A stretch of DNA of 64,000 bases from Octopus vulgaris (lineage: Eukaryota): NCBI GenBank assembly GCA_951406725.2, contig OX597833.1, forward strand, positions 47,182,001-47,246,000, read 5' to 3'. The position numbers were made by a program, and so were the translations under genes. Each line of letters opens with the position of its first letter. Positions within the stretch are counted from its first letter, which is position 1. The notes beneath the pieces were generated by a model, which was given only the letters and a program-made list of their open reading frames with translations, ran no database searches and had not been told where the DNA came from. Positions 12,931 to 27,181 of this stretch are shown here, piece by piece.

Positions 12931-13569
12931 CATTAGACAATACAAACCGTGATAAACGTTGACTGAAAAAGACATAATCCTAGCTTGAATACCTCTATAT
13001 TTATCGTAATATCTTCCTGATAAGGGCTGAAGCGCTAATACAACTGTGCAGCACAGACGGAAAAGTAGAGAGAGTACAGCTTATCCTATTCCAACGTAGC
13101 ATCGCATATAATTAACTGGTGCATGTCACAATGTGCAGTATGGTCGTCACATAGACAGATTACGGTATTATGCGGATCTGTGTGTATATATGTGTGTATA
13201 TGTGTGTGTGTGTGTGTGCGTGTGTGTGTGTCTGTTTCCCCCCCCCCCCAACATCGCTTGACAACCGATACTGGTGTGTTTACGTCCCCGTAACTTAGCG
13301 GTTCGGCAAAACAGACAGATAGAATAAGTACTAGGCTTCCAAAGAATAAGTCCTGGGGATCGATTTGTTCGACTTAAGGCGGTGCTCCAGCATGGCCGCA
13401 CTCAAATGACTGAAACAAGTAAAAGAGTATATTTCTAAATGTAAAATAGTTATTTCCATTTAGTAAACGCACTTGTATAACCACAATTTTTTTTATAATT
13501 GAGCTCTGACGTTTCTGAGTGCAAATATATAAATTATGTTCGTTCGGCAATGACTAAGTTGTTTTAAGT

Positions 13570-13850
13570 CTCACATTCATCATTGCTGCTCCTCGTTTCT
13601 AGGTGAAATATATCCTACAGCTACTTCTGATATGCCTTTAGCGACACCTTCAGTAATAACTTCAATATCAACGTACACTTCAAATAAATCAGCAGTATCC
13701 TTCATACCACTATGTTCATTTCTAGGCTTCAATTCCTTTAATCTCGAGTGGACTGCAAAATATTTTAACCATTCTTCAACACATTTGGGATCAGGCAACG
13801 TCAATTTTGATCCTACTTTGGAACACCATTTGAAGTGAGGTAAATAATTC
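13570..13850 (-). pseudogene. Possible decayed Gypsy gag N-terminal fragment
   Basis: LTLPDPKCVEEWLKYFAVHSRLKELK...TADLFE resembles, from memory, gag starts of invertebrate Gypsy elements; no LTRs seen. Confidence 0.35.
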
Positions 13851-13912
13851 GTAAAGACAATAATTTATTTGGCTGTAGCAAATATATAGTTTGACAAGGA
13901 ACATTCATATAT

Positions 13913-14105
13913 AGGGGTTGGACAAAATAATGGAAACACCTTAAAATTTCAAACAAATTTATTTTAATATGGGGCAGGACTGCCTTTGGCAGTAATTACA
14001 GCTTGAATTCTACGAGGTATGAACTCGTACAAAGTTTGAATTGTTTTCAAATGAATTTTTGTTCATTCTTCAGCTAAAACAGTCACCAGTTCTTGCAGTG
14101 ATGAA
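13913..14105. mobile_element. Tc1-like end fragment
   Basis: Begins aggggttggacaaaataatggaaacacc after a TA run; no partner end seen. Confidence 0.45.
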
Positions 14106-14425
14106 GATAAACACAAGTATAGATTGTTAGTTTCTACATACGTTTCAATATTGCAGTTATTTAGAACTCAGCATCAAATGTTCCAAGTACATTTGGATGC
14201 ATATCGCATGTGGAACATCCGATGTTGAGTTCCAAATAACTGCATTTGTGAAACGTACGCAGGAATTAACAATCTATTCCTGTGTTTATCTTAATTTTCT
14301 ACTATATATATATACTTATATAATCCGAGGGTTGAAGAACTAAATGCCTTCGGCTTTAGTGTTTGACGGAGGCATAGCCCTTTATGCATACGAAACTATT
14401 GGTCACTCTATGACCAGACGTTATG

Positions 14426-14458
<33 letters not shown>

Positions 14459-14490
14459 TGTATGTATGTATGTATGTATGTATGTATGTA

Positions 14491-14554
<64 letters not shown>

Positions 14555-14762
14555 TGCGTGCGTGTGTGTGTGTGTATGTATTTGGCGATATATAAGACGT
14601 ACCTTTTCCCTCCTAAAATGCGAATCAATAAATAAATTACCCCGGGTTTTTTTATGTAGCATTCAATCTTTATTACATAGTTTAATACATTAAAGACTTG
14701 TTTCTCTGAATATGCACTGCGGAAAAATTGTGGTGCGTCTTATACCATCAATGCAGTGTGTG

Positions 14763-14806
<44 letters not shown>

Positions 14807-14819
14807 TGTGGGTGTGGGT

Positions 14820-14904
<85 letters not shown>

Positions 14905-15547
14905 GTTCAAAATTTTCATCATGTCTATTGAATGGCCTTGCAAAAAGGATTAAGATCAAATGATGCAGATTTCTCAAAGGTTAATTTTTTATATATATAT
15001 ATCTGATCTTCATTCTCTTCTAGATATAGAATTCGAGATGTGCAAAGAAAAATGGGATCGTGCCAATATCGAAGTCTATAGATACATACATACATACATA
15101 CATACATACGTACATACGTACATACGTACGTACGTACATGCATACATATTCGTGTTATTATTGGGAAGATGTATGTTACGAATGCACTTGGATAGATAGG
15201 TTAGAGACAGACAGACATAACTGAAGGAGAACAAAAATAAGCATTAATGTCGTATTTCTTAAAATATTTAACGGCATGACGGTAAGTTGACAGAAATTGT
15301 AGAGCCGCTGGAGAAACAGCTTTGAAGTATATAGTTTCATAAAAGCATTCAAGGTATTTATTTACTTATCTGTTTATTTAACCATTTTAAGGATGTAGTG
15401 TAATATTGAAAAGGCGATTAAAAGCATGATTATGTTACCTCGATATCGTTTTCCCAATCTACATCGGCAAAACGAAATAACGAGTTGCAGCAATATTAGA
15501 TTAATGTTGGTTTTAGTATTTAAAGAAGACATTACGTTTGTGGCATT

Positions 15548-15963
15548 GGATCTTCTCGGTTTGAACGGCAGTTTTTAACATAATTTCTAGGTAACTAAAA
15601 AAATTTTAAACTTCGTATACTGGTAGAATGTGTTTATAAAACATCTTTTTCTCTTGGCTTTATTGAGAAAATTCTATAGTTTGTTGTTTTTCTTCTTCAA
15701 TTTCTGCAATTTCAACCAATCACTGACGTCTATTGAGGTAAAAAAAAAACATTCTGTGCCGTATGAATGTGTCCCTCGTTTAAGAAACAGATTGGGTTTA
15801 TTTACATTTGTGAATAAAAAAAAGATACCCTTCCCCCTAACCCTAACTAACCTTAACCCTAAAATAGATTGAAATGCAATAGATCGATACTAGGGTCATA
15901 ATTATGGATGACAATTTCATATGACACCGCTAGAAAAAACTGCCGTTCAAACCGAAAAGGTCC
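15548..15963 (+). mobile_element. MITE family A, copy 2
   Basis: Same TIRs; perfect TSD gtggcatt. Confidence 0.92.
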
Positions 15964-16785
15964 GTGGCATTTCTGTGAAAGATCACAACTAAAATTAGTT
16001 AAAACAACCAAGAACTTCCTCTTTGATCACTTCAAGTATAAACGATGCAAGGGGCAAGCTACTTTCAGACAGATAGTGTTAAAAGGTAGTTGCGTAACAA
16101 GAAGGGGTTGGGTGGGGAGGATGTGAGGAGAGTGGTCCACTCCGGGCGATGCTTCCATGGGATCGTCATTGAGTTTGTAGAACAAACTGTTTCATCCGTT
16201 GGTTTACTGCCAGTCTAACTTGAGATTGTTTAGAATGCTGGTGTTGAGTGTTTGATTCTGTGAATATTTGCGAATGTTTAAAAGATAGATAACTCAGAGA
16301 AATGAATATTTCACCAACTAGAGATTGTAAGGACCTCGTAATAAGTAAACAAAATAAATAAATAACTATGCGAATTTTAAAATTTTTTTGCCCTTCATAT
16401 TTCCATAAATTCAAATTCAAATTCAAATTCTTGATCCCGCTTCATGATTATTTCCCTTGTAAGAGCTGTTATCTCTAATGAAACCTTGTGTAATGGATAA
16501 AATATGTTATGAAAAGAACAATGATAAAATTTGAATTAAAATGATAACGTTAGGATTTATCATTATAAACACATTATTTAAACTGTGATTGGAAGTAATA
16601 GTTTGAGCTAGCTAATATAATTAAAATTGGTAATTAGTCCTGGAATATGAATTAATGTTTTTAGTTGATGTTCTTTGTATATTGGGATGCTAAGCTCAAC
16701 TAGTAAAGTTTATTTTTAGAGAACTGAATTGCCGGTAAAGTGTTCTTGAAAGAATTCGATATTTTTTTCAATGTTATCATTTAGG

Positions 16786-17082
16786 TGAAGGTGCGTAGCT
16801 TAGTGGTTAGGGATATTCAGTTTGCGATCGTAAGGCTGTGAGTTCGATTCCTGGCAGCGCATTGTGTTCTTGAACAAGACACTTTATTCCATGTTGCTCC
16901 AGTTCACTTAGCTGGCAAAAATGAGTTGTACCTGTATTTTGGAGGGCCAACCTTGTCACATTCTGTGTCACGCTGTATCTCCCTGAAAACTACGTTAAGG
17001 GTACCCATGTCTGTGGAGTGCTCACCTACTTGCACGTTAATTTCACAAGCAGGCTGTTCCGTTGATCGGAACCCTCGTCAAT
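16786..17082 (+). mobile_element. SINE family S4 (tRNA-derived)
   Basis: tagcttagtggttagg ... gagttcgattcc ... gttgctccagttcacttagctggcaaaaatgagt; related at 6960-7200, 26778-27035, 36126-36885, 63110-63255(-). Confidence 0.8.
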
Positions 17083-17663
17083 GATTCAATTCGAACTAAA
17101 TTCAAACATGTCTGTACTTACAGTCGACATTGACCGTTTAAAGACAATTTAGTTGTCAGGGTTAATGAGAAATGACTTTTGAAACATGAATTTTCTGCTG
17201 TTTTATATTACCTTGATAAAATATGTAATGTGTATTCGCCTAGCTGTCGCATGTAATGTGTTTACGCCTAGCTGTCGCTTATCTGTGTTTGAATTCTTGA
17301 AGATATAAATAAGCAAATACATAAATGGCGTGTGTATAAATAGATCACTTTCTGATATTGCGAGTCTGTATGTGTGACACATATTTTTAGGATTAAATAT
17401 TTTTAGAAATGTATATTTTTTCTGCTCAAGCGTGTAGATACGATCAAATGAAATTTGTTTTCCTTTATGATAACATATAATCATTGGATTATTTTAATGA
17501 GGACATGGTGAGAGGGAGGACATGGTGGGATAGTTGCATAACCAAGGACTATTTCCACTTCACAGTTGTTTGGTCTTCCTTGGGGGAAGATACTGCAAAG
17601 ATTTTGCATTAACTTTTTGTTTTAAAGAAAATAGTTAAGAATTGGTATCGAAAAATTTAGTTT

Positions 17664-18081
17664 GGATTTTTTCAGTTTGAACGGCAGTTTTTTCTAGCAG
17701 TGTCATATGAAATTATCACCCATAATTATGACCCCTGTATCGATCTATTGCATTTCAATCTGTTTTAGGGTTAGGGTTAGGGGTGGGGGAAGGGTATCTT
17801 TTTTCTTCAGAAATGTAAATAAACCCAATCTGTTTCTTAAACGAGGGACATATTCATACGGCACAGAATGTTTTTTTTTACCTCAATAGACGTCAGTGAT
17901 TGGTTGAAATTGCAGAAATTGAAGAAAAAAACAACAAATATCTTACAAACTATAGAATTTTCTCAATAAAGCCAAGAGAAAAAGATGCTTTATAAACACA
18001 CTCTACCAGTATACGGAGTTTAAAAGTGTTTAGTTACGTGGAAATTATTTTAAAAAACTGCCATTCAAACCGAAAAGATCC
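17664..18081 (-). mobile_element. MITE family A, copy 3 (reverse)
   Basis: Same TIRs; perfect TSD tttagttt. Confidence 0.92.
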
Positions 18082-19555
18082 TTTAGTTTTCCTTCTGTTC
18101 TTCTGTGATAGAAATTACCATACAAAAGGAAAAGAAACTGATTGTAAATTTGTAATGTCAATTAGTAACTTAATGATGCATCGGACAAATGAGTTTGTTT
18201 TGTAATCTACTCAAACGTTGATCTACGAATTTGATTACCAATTATATACAGTGATAGATTGCAACTCCTTATCTGCAAATATTTGCTGCAGGCCTAATAA
18301 ATAATGGTTTCGAATTTCTGCATAGCGCTAGCAATCTTAGGGTGCTCAACTGGTACTTATTTAATCGGCCCCGAAAGGATGAAAGGCAAAGTCGACCTCA
18401 GCCGAATTTGAACTCAGAACGTAACGGCAGACAAAATACCTATTTCTTTACTACCCACAAGGAGCTAAACACAGAGGGGACGAACAAGGACAGACAAATG
18501 GATTAAGTTGATTATATTGACCCCAGTGCGTAACTGGTACTTATTTAATCGACCCTGAAAGGATGAAAGGCAAAGTCGACCTCGGCGGAATTTGAACTCA
18601 GAACGTAGCAGCAGACGAAATACCTATTTCTTTACTACCCACAAGGGGCTAAACACAGAGCGGACAAACAAGGACAGACAAACGGATTAAGTCGATTATA
18701 TCGACCCCAGTGTATAACTGGTACTTAATTTATCGACCCCGAAAGGATGAAAGGCAAAGTCGACCTCGATGGAATTTGAACTCAGAACATAACGGCAGAC
18801 GAAATAGTGCTAAGCATTTCGCCCGGCGTATTAACATTTCTGCCAGCTCACCACCTTTGGGTCTAACAAATAATGAATATACAAAAAAAGCCCAGTTTTC
18901 ATGTTTTATTTGTTAGCTTTTTTGATTTTGATTTTGATTTTCGAATTATAGTTTCACGATTCATAGTAATGCAAAACTGACCCTGACTGTGTCAGCAGAT
19001 ATTTAAAAGACATATTTCTGCAAACATTTGAAAGATATAAAGTGCCGGTAGATATTTAAAAGATATATTAGTATTAATGTGTTGACAAAAAAGTTAAAAG
19101 ATAAATGTGTTGGCAGGTGGCAACAGATATTTAAAGATAACGTATACGTCGGAAGTTTAATGGTGGGTTCTGTTTAATTTCATTTTAGTTTAATAAGGAA
19201 ACGTCTGTCAGAGACAGCTGAGAAAAGTTTAATGTGGATATCGGCGAAAAGGACTGATAGAACTGCAAAGGAATACAGCAAGCCACTAAACATACGAGGA
19301 AAGAAACAGTTTGAAGCTGTGCATGTAGATGCTGTGGTCTTTGTGACTGAGCAATAAACTCACCCAAATGTTCAGAGTTCAATCCCCACTAAAGGTGGCA
19401 TTTAAAAACCACAGGACACCTAGGAATCACTACCTTCTGGGTTCAGCTCCCTTAGAATGTCAGGAACTAACGGACCAAAACATTTGTTTGACAGGAGCCT
19501 TTCCTCTGAAGATTTCTCCTGCTGTCCGCTCACTCTGTCCACTCGCTCTGTCCAC

Positions 19556-20073
19556 GGATCTTTACCTTTTGACCGACAGATTTAAAAAATAATTTTTTGT
19601 AACTTAACACTTTCAAACTTCGTATACTGGTAGAATGTGTCATCTTTTACTCTTAGCGTTTTTGAGATAAACTTATATTTACGAAGTAATTTCACGTTAA
19701 AGTAGTCCTATTTCGGTAATTTCAACCAATCAATGACATGTGTCCAGCTGAATAAAATTACTGCCGTTGTTTGTCAACAACAACTATCGGCGGTGTATTT
19801 TTCGTTTGTCACTGTTATTTATTACATCGTTCGTGTGTTTGTACTTGTTTTAGGGTTAGGGTTAGGGTTTTAGGGTTATGGTTGTCATAAATAACAGATA
19901 CAAATGAAAAATACACCACTGGAAGTTCTTGTAATTTTATTTAGCTGAATACACGTCATTGATTGGTTGAAATTTCTGAAATACAACTACTTTAACATGA
20001 AATTACTTTGTAAATATAAGTTTTTCTCAAAAATGCTAAGAGTAAAAGATATTTTATATGACACTTTCTACCA
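19556..20073. mobile_element. Long-TIR relative of MITE family A with central (TTAGGG)n
   Basis: Starts ggatcttt, shares aaacttcgtatactggtagaatgtgt and ttcaaccaatca blocks; right arm is the reverse complement of the left; centre tagggttagggttagggttttaggg; right end truncated. Confidence 0.75.
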
Positions 20074-20334
20074 CTTTGTTGAAAGCATTAGGACCAGGTC
20101 TCCAATTTGAGGATACTTTCCCTTCTTCTTCCCACCAGTTTTGGAAGTGCTGAAAAGGGCTGCGAGCACTGCTCATTATCCTGACTAAACAATAAAAAGA
20201 TTAAAAGCAGTAACACCACTTTCTCTATAATTCGTACTTTCAGAAGAAGAACAAAGGACTGAAATGTCAGCTGTTTCACTTTTTACAGAAAATGAACACA
20301 TAATCATACAGTAAATTTCCCTCATTTGACTAAC

Positions 20335-20935
20335 ATTCTCGCCATCTTCTTTTTAACTATATTCATTTCGGCTTTCTGCATTCTGGGTTCAAATCCTACC
20401 AATGTTGACTTTGTCTTTCATCCTTTCGGGGTCAATAAATAAAATACCAGTTCAGTACTAGGTTCAATGGTTCTTTTCTCCTTAGCTCTTTCATTCTTTT
20501 TATTCTTTCTCGAAGAAATCTCCCAGGGAGGGACAAGCTCCGACAAGTACAAATGCCCAAGACAGTGCATGTCGCAATGACATCCCTGCTACTTCATCGA
20601 GAATTGAAAGCCTACAGTAAGGCAAGGCATATTATATCCAAGATGTGATACACATCCATTTTTAACCTGGTGTACAGAAATTTAAAGATTTGGCTATTAA
20701 ATTTAGCAAAACGTGCAACTGCACAGAGAATTTTTTTTTTAATCAGAAATACCTCTAAATATGCAAAGTGGATCTTTTTAGTCCTAACTCCATAACTCAT
20801 CATGGCCTGTAATACCATGGTTTCAAAGGGTACATTTGTTCGGTTGGGCCTGAGAATATCTCATGGGTCCTTCTCTATAAAAAAGAATTTAAAAAACAAG
20901 AAAAAAACCCTCACAGCCAAACCCCGCCCCGTGTT
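20335..20935. promoter_or_regulatory. Possible promoter region upstream of the zinc-finger gene
   Basis: YY1-like cgccatctt at 20340 and GC box ccccgcccc at 20922 in otherwise AT-rich, largely non-repetitive DNA. Confidence 0.25.
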
Positions 20936-22212
20936 TCGAAAGGATTCATCTATCTCCCTTAAATGGGCCTTGAAAGCAGTCACGCTCTGCTTTGAAGAAG
21001 TGCCTGTATACCATTTCAAATGAAAAATGTCAATTTGACAACCTAGTTTTCTATATCTCTGATTTATCTTCTCAAAAATCTGACTGATTAAATTGTATGT
21101 AATATGAAGACTTCGGGTTGATATACGGCAATGAGTAAAAAATAAATAAATAAATAAAAATAAGAAAGTAAGAAAGAAAGAAGCTTGGTTATTTGAAGTA
21201 AAAGTACACTGGTTATTTAGCTTATCGTGTTCTGAAAGCTTATCAGCTGTGAAAAGTTCATTTATGTTATATGTGAACGCCTGGATATACCTTTGTGCAT
21301 GTGTGTGTGTGTGTGTGTGTATGTGTGTGTGAAAGAGAGAGACACACACAGACAGACAGATAGACAGACAGAAGGAGAAAGACCCAGAGAGAATGTGTAT
21401 GTATGTATCTGCAAAGTGCTTGAAAAATGTGAAACCCTAGAATATTTCACGGGTAATTGAATCAGAAGGACCCGGTATCTATAGCAGAAATGAATGTAGG
21501 TGAAGTTATAAATAGGCCTTAATGTTGGTGGTGAGCATCCCGCAGAACGATAGATATGTTTCAATGCTTAGATATGTTTGATATGCTTTGATATGCTTCA
21601 GTGTTAAGCTAAACGTGTAAGTTTGATTCCTGACTATTCATGACTACTTCCCTTCCTTATACATTTTTTTTACATAGTATGGCTGTGTGGTAACAAGCTT
21701 GCTTCTTACCACACAGCCATACTAACATTAGCACGCCAGGCAAAATGTTTAGCGGTATTTCATCTGTCTTTACGTTCTGAGTTCAAATTCCGCCGAGGTC
21801 GACTTTGCCTTTCATCCTTTCGGGGTCGATAAATTAAGTACCAGTTATGCACTGGGGGTCGATGTAATGGACTTAATCCGTGTGTCTGTCCTTGTTTGTC
21901 CCCTCTATGTTTAGCCCTTTGTGGGCAATAAAGAAATAAGAAGCTTGCTTCCCAACCACATGGTTCCAAGTTCAGTCCCACTGTGTGACACCTTGGGCAA
22001 GTGTCTTTTACTATACCTTCTGGCCAACTAAAGCCTTGTGAGTGGATTTGGTAGACAGAAATTGAGAGAAGTCCATTGTATATATCGTTGCTATTGTGTT
22101 AAACTGTTGTATATCCAAATTTGGCCAAATGCGTTTTTTGTTTTTTCAGTATTTTTTTTTTTTTTGCTTGCAATCACTGGTTCTTTTGGTCAAACTATCA
22201 TATCTGCTTCAG

Positions 22213-22238
22213 ATGCCAAGATATCAAAAATTGTCAAA
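22213..22238 (+). CDS. Candidate start-codon exon of C2HC zinc-finger gene (MPRYQKLSK)
   Basis: ATG at 22213, donor AAA|GTATGG; the phase-2 end matches the phase-2 start of the 25170 exon. Other weak candidates exist (21441-21499, 23879-23916). Confidence 0.35.
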
Positions 22239-22416
22239 GTATGGTACAACGGTTTTGCTTTGGTTGCTTTGGAATAGTGAAGCTGCTTTTTTGTTTTCTG
22301 AAAAAGCAACATTTTGGACTTACGATGCTTTTGCATAATAGCAACTCTATGTGTGTGTGTATGTACGTATATATATATATATATATATATATACATACGT
22401 GTATATATATACATAC

Positions 22417-22476
<60 letters not shown>

Positions 22477-23422
22477 CTATGTTTGTCCTCACCCCTGTCA
22501 TTGCTTGACAACCAATGCTGGTATGTTTATGTTCCCATAACATTAGCAGTTCGGCAAAGGAAACTGATAGAATAAGTACTAGGCTTACAAAGAATAAATC
22601 CTGGGGTTGATTTCTTCAAGTATTAACCTTTAATGCAGTGCTCCAGCATGGCTGCAGTCAAATGACTGAAACAAGTAAAAGAGTAAAAGTATATATGCAA
22701 ATATCATGAAGAACTGTCTATGTGGTCTGACCTGCTAGAAATAGCAACGAAATCTTCTTCCCATCTTAGAAAATAGAAACAAAGACACAATGGATAATAT
22801 AGTATGTTGCATGGGAAAAAAAGACTGAATGGTCATGAGTGGAGAGCCTTTCATTACAAGCCTGCTTGAGCATGTGATTTCACATAGGATTAAAGAATAA
22901 AAATATAAGAAAATGGTAAGGCAGTAAGGTACAGTGTCTTAGTTTCATCTCTGTTGATTCTGAGTTCTAATCCTGCCAGGAATAGGGAATTCGCAATGAT
23001 TTCTTTCTGCAGCACAAATCGATTATATTGACCTCTGCACTTGATTAATACTTATTTTATCAACTCTCAGAATGAGAAAATGTGCCAAGATAAACAGAAC
23101 AGTGGCATTGTATGAGAGAATGGGCTATAACTGATGAGATTGATCTCTGTCTGTGGCTATCTGAACATCACTATAACCACCACTCGAAGAAAAGCAATAC
23201 ACTGGAGCCGTTACATTCTCAACCACAGCATACATAGATAAGAATTGGAATTTAAACCCATAAGGTCCCAGGGCAATTGCCTTGAGTACCCATGCCTGAA
23301 GACAGCAGTACCCCTGCCTACCTTTCCTCTGCTTGATTTGTACCTACTTTATCAACACAGGATGGATGAAAGGTGAAGTCAACTACAGAACATAAACTTA
23401 TAAAAATACCATAACACATATA

Positions 23423-23578
23423 CCGTATTTTAACATATAAGGAACCCTTTCTAGTCAAAAATTAGGTTACAAAAATATGGGATTTTCTAATACATGGATA
23501 GTATTATAATTCCTTACAAAACCTTTTTTCCAAATTTTAAGCCCCAAAAATTAGAGGATTCCTTATGTTAAAATACAG
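23423..23578. mobile_element. pogo/Tigger-like MITE (reverse partial copy near 2374-2547)
   Basis: TA-ccgtattttaac ... gttaaaatacag-TA. Confidence 0.7.
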
Positions 23579-24404
23579 TACTTTTCATTCTGATCCTTCC
23601 TTTGTTTTTTGACAAAATTACTAATGTCCTTGACTGGCATATTCTCCATTTCTATATTCTCTGATTTCAATCTTTTCAGTGATGAAATATTTAGCTTATG
23701 GAATCCTTATTCAATATCATAATCCACATGCTTTTATATTCTAGAAATAACTGTGAGAGACTCTATTTGTTTGTACTCTCTATTTAAATTAAATGTTTTT
23801 CAAGTGATGCCAAATGTTTTGTTTTTTCATTTTCTATTTTAATCTACATACCATCACTATATCTATTGTTCTTCCGAGCCTGCCATTTTTCACCACCCTC
23901 ACAAAACTACATCAAGGTTAACGGACGGCAAAGTTTCCTGAATAGTAGATTGCTTGATGGAAATAGTTTTATGAGAATTATTTTCGTCTCTTATCTCCTG
24001 AGTTTAAATCCTTACATTCACTTATCTGGGGTTTGATAAAATGAACACCAGTTGCACACTAGCTTATCTTGTTTTTCTCCAACATGTTGAGCCATATGGT
24101 CTGGAATGACCTGAAATGATCTGGGACTTGGTTCTTGATTTCATAGCATTAAGTAGATTTGAGATAAATCTCACTGGACTATTGCAAGTGTGTGTAAAAA
24201 ACTAAAGCTTAGCCATCACTCACTAGTAGCTTGTATCATGCTCTTTTAGTAATTGTTTTAAGAGTTTATTTAGTTGTAAGCAGATGTAGACATCTTCTCA
24301 ACCTTCCAATCCTTTACCCAACGAAATATTGAAGAAATGACAGGATATGCTGCACCAACACTTTCTTCTTCCAGCACAGTTGGTATTCATTCTCAGTCAA
24401 GTTG

Positions 24405-24697
24405 TTTGTTCCTTCTCGAGCCATGCCTGGCTCATAATGGCCAGTTTCCCGGTTTCTTGGCGTATAGGTTCCCCACCTGGACGGTCCATCGAAGGTGAGC
24501 TGCAAGATGCAGGAGGAAAGAGTGAGAGAAAGTTGTGGCGAAAGAGTCAGCAGAAGTTTCGCCATTACCTTCTGCCGGAGCCGCGTGTAGCTTAGGTGTT
24601 TCACTCATAAACACACACATCGTCCGGTCTGAGATTCGAACCCGCGATCCCACGACCGCGAGTCCGCTGCTCTAACCACTAGGCCATGTGCCTCCAC
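24405..24697 (-). mobile_element. SINE family S3 with clear tRNA-derived head
   Basis: Minus: tggcctagtggttagagc (A box) ... ggttcgaatctc (B box); TSD agtcaagttg. Related copies 37620-37908(-), 46290-46630(-). Confidence 0.88.
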
Positions 24698-25005
24698 AGT
24701 CAAGTTGACAGTAGCAACATGAAATGGTGTGCCTCGTGCAGGGACACAATGGGCTGCTTGATCCAGGAATCAAATCCTCAATCTCATGATAGTGAACGCA
24801 ACACTCTAGTCAATAGGGCATGTATTTTCACACACATGGTGTGTGTGTGTGTGTGTGACTTTGTTGACAGTGACTCCCATGTTTAGTCATTAGTGGTTTA
24901 TTCAAAAACCATTTTCTTACACACTAGCATCTTCATCATCACCACCACCACCACCACCATCACCACTACCACCATCTCCACTACTACCACCACCACCACC
25001 ACCAT

Positions 25006-25039
<34 letters not shown>

Positions 25040-25169
25040 TTCATCATCACCACCACCATCATCACTACTGTTGTTATACGTCTACTGTCCATGCCGTCAT
25101 GTATAACATGTAAGTAACTGCCAGTTACCAGATTCTGACAAATGGTTGTTCTGTTCTTCGACATTCCAG

Positions 25170-25417
25170 GGAAGCAGACCGAGACAGCTGTTCAAGAGAA
25201 GATGACTCAGGAAGCAACCACGATACTTTCTCTAATTCTAAACCAACTTACACCAATGGATATTCCACTGAATTTCCTAAATTCTTCGAAACATTTGAAT
25301 CCATTATTAATAAGAACATGAAGTATATGCATAAACACTTCTTCAATGCTGATTCTGCACAGAACAACTTACATTCTGACTATTTTCCATCATCTTCAAG
25401 TAGTTTTGCTGAAGAAC
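25170..25417 (+). CDS. Exon of C2HC zinc-finger gene (EADRDSCSREDDSGSNHDTF...SSSSFAEE)
   Basis: Acceptor ttcttcgacattccag|, donor GAAC|gtaagt, open frame over 248 bp, phase 2 to 1. Confidence 0.7.
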
Positions 25418-25524
25418 GTAAGTTAGCAATTCCTCTTTTTTTTTTACTTTTTGTCTTTTACTTGTTTCAGTCATTGGGTCATGGCCAAGCTGGTGCACTG
25501 CCTTGGAAAGTACAGTTAAACAAA

Positions 25525-26009
25525 TTGCCATATTCTGAACTCCCTACTTGAACTCCTTCCCTGGGCATGGACACATTGAAACTCCGACGTCTGGCAGCTG
25601 ACTTGGCAGACACCCATAAAATTATTAACCATCTTACAAACAATAACTCTGAGCACCTTTTCAAACTCCAGCCTGTCTAACACCCGTGGACATATTTACA
25701 AAGTCAGAAAACAGCACAGCTCCCATGACTTTAGGAAACATTTTTTCACGCTGAGAGTTGCTGAAGCATGGAACAAACTGCCGGCATCAGTTGTTAGTTG
25801 TCGGAGCACTGCATCCTTCAAAACTTCCATGCTTCCTGAGATTCGCCAACACTACACCTGATTTTCTCCCCTTCATACACATGCAAGCATGTATCTGACT
25901 TATACACTGTTCACTTTCCAGACATTTGTACATTACTGCATATGCTTTATAATGCTTTATACGCACTTTTAACAAGTTGTAGAGCACCTGAGCAATGTAT
26001 ACAATAATT

Positions 26010-26044
<35 letters not shown>

Positions 26045-26315
26045 TAGTTTTATTTTTTATAGCGTGCTTTCACTTCACTACCGAGTGCAGCTCTGTGTGC
26101 CTTGGGTATGTGCTGTGATTTGTTGTGATGCTTTCTGAGATTCGCCAACACTACACCTGATTTTCTCCCCTCCATACACACACAAGCATGTATCTGACTC
26201 ATACATTGTTCGCTTTCCAGACATTTGTACATTACTGCATATACTTTATACGCACTTTCTGACAAGTTGTGGTGCACCTGAGCACTGTATACAATAATTT
26301 CATTATCATTATTAT
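25525..26315 (+). mobile_element. CR1-clade LINE 3' end with a second copy of the 3' UTR
   Basis: SLGMDTLKLRRLAADL...FRKHFFTLRVAEAWNKLP, 3' UTR and (ATT)n tail; UTR repeated at 26135-26315. Confidence 0.88.
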
Positions 26316-26384
26316 AAATGAACCCTAGTATTTGTTTTTTAACGTTTGGTGCTTATTCAAGAAGAACAACAAATTTCCTGTGAG

Positions 26385-26775
26385 CGATGAAAAGTGACTG
26401 TAGATTTACCAGGGTGCCAGGGACTTTTTCCCATCCCAGTTATGAAAAAACCAGACATTTTAATGTGGTGTGAAAGAAAGAAAGTGAATCTGGTTGAGTT
26501 AACAGTTCCTCATGAAGATAACATGGACACCGTTCAGGCTTGGAAGATTAACTGTTATGTAAACCTCCTCGAGGAATGTGAAGATGCAGGCTGTAAAGCG
26601 GAGCATCTTCCAATCCAAGTTGGATGTAGAGGGTTTATTGGACACAGTGTGAGACAACTGTTGTTATCGTTAGGCCTAACTCATCGTAAAGTAAATACCA
26701 CCATGATCGATATCCAAACTACAGTGAAAAAGACTAGCCACTGGATTTGAGACGATGAGCGATGGCTAGAAGAAT
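26385..26775 (+). mobile_element. Hero-like non-LTR restriction-like endonuclease fragment
   Basis: KPDILMW...VNLVELTVPHEDNM...LLEECEDAG...PIQVGCRGFIGHS...SHWI, a PD-(D/E)xK-type C-terminus. Confidence 0.8.
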
Positions 26776-27139
26776 GTATGTTGTGTTCTTGAGCAAGTCA
26801 CTTTATTTCGCGTTGCTCCAGTTGACTCAGCTGTAGAAATGAGTTGCGACATCACTGGTGCCAAACTGTATCGGCCTTTTACTTTCCCTTGGATAACAGT
26901 GGTGGCACGGAGAGGTGAGGCTGGTATGCGTGGGTGACTGCTGGTCTTCTAGAAACATCCTTGCCCAGACTTGTGCCTTGCAGGGGAACTTTCTAGGAGA
27001 ATCCTATGGTCATTCTTGACCGAAGGGGGTCTTTTTAATGTGCTTACTTGTGTGTGTATGTGTGTATATATATATGTATGTATTTATATATATATATATG
27101 TATGTATGTATATGTATTTATATATATATATATGTATGT

Positions 27140-27181
<42 letters not shown>

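Noticed and set aside
19849-19882. True telomere or chromosome fusion site
   Set aside because: Only a few units, and internal to a TIR element.
24620-24697. tRNA gene
   Set aside because: A and B boxes are present, but the sequence continues into a SINE body with a TSD; it is a SINE head.
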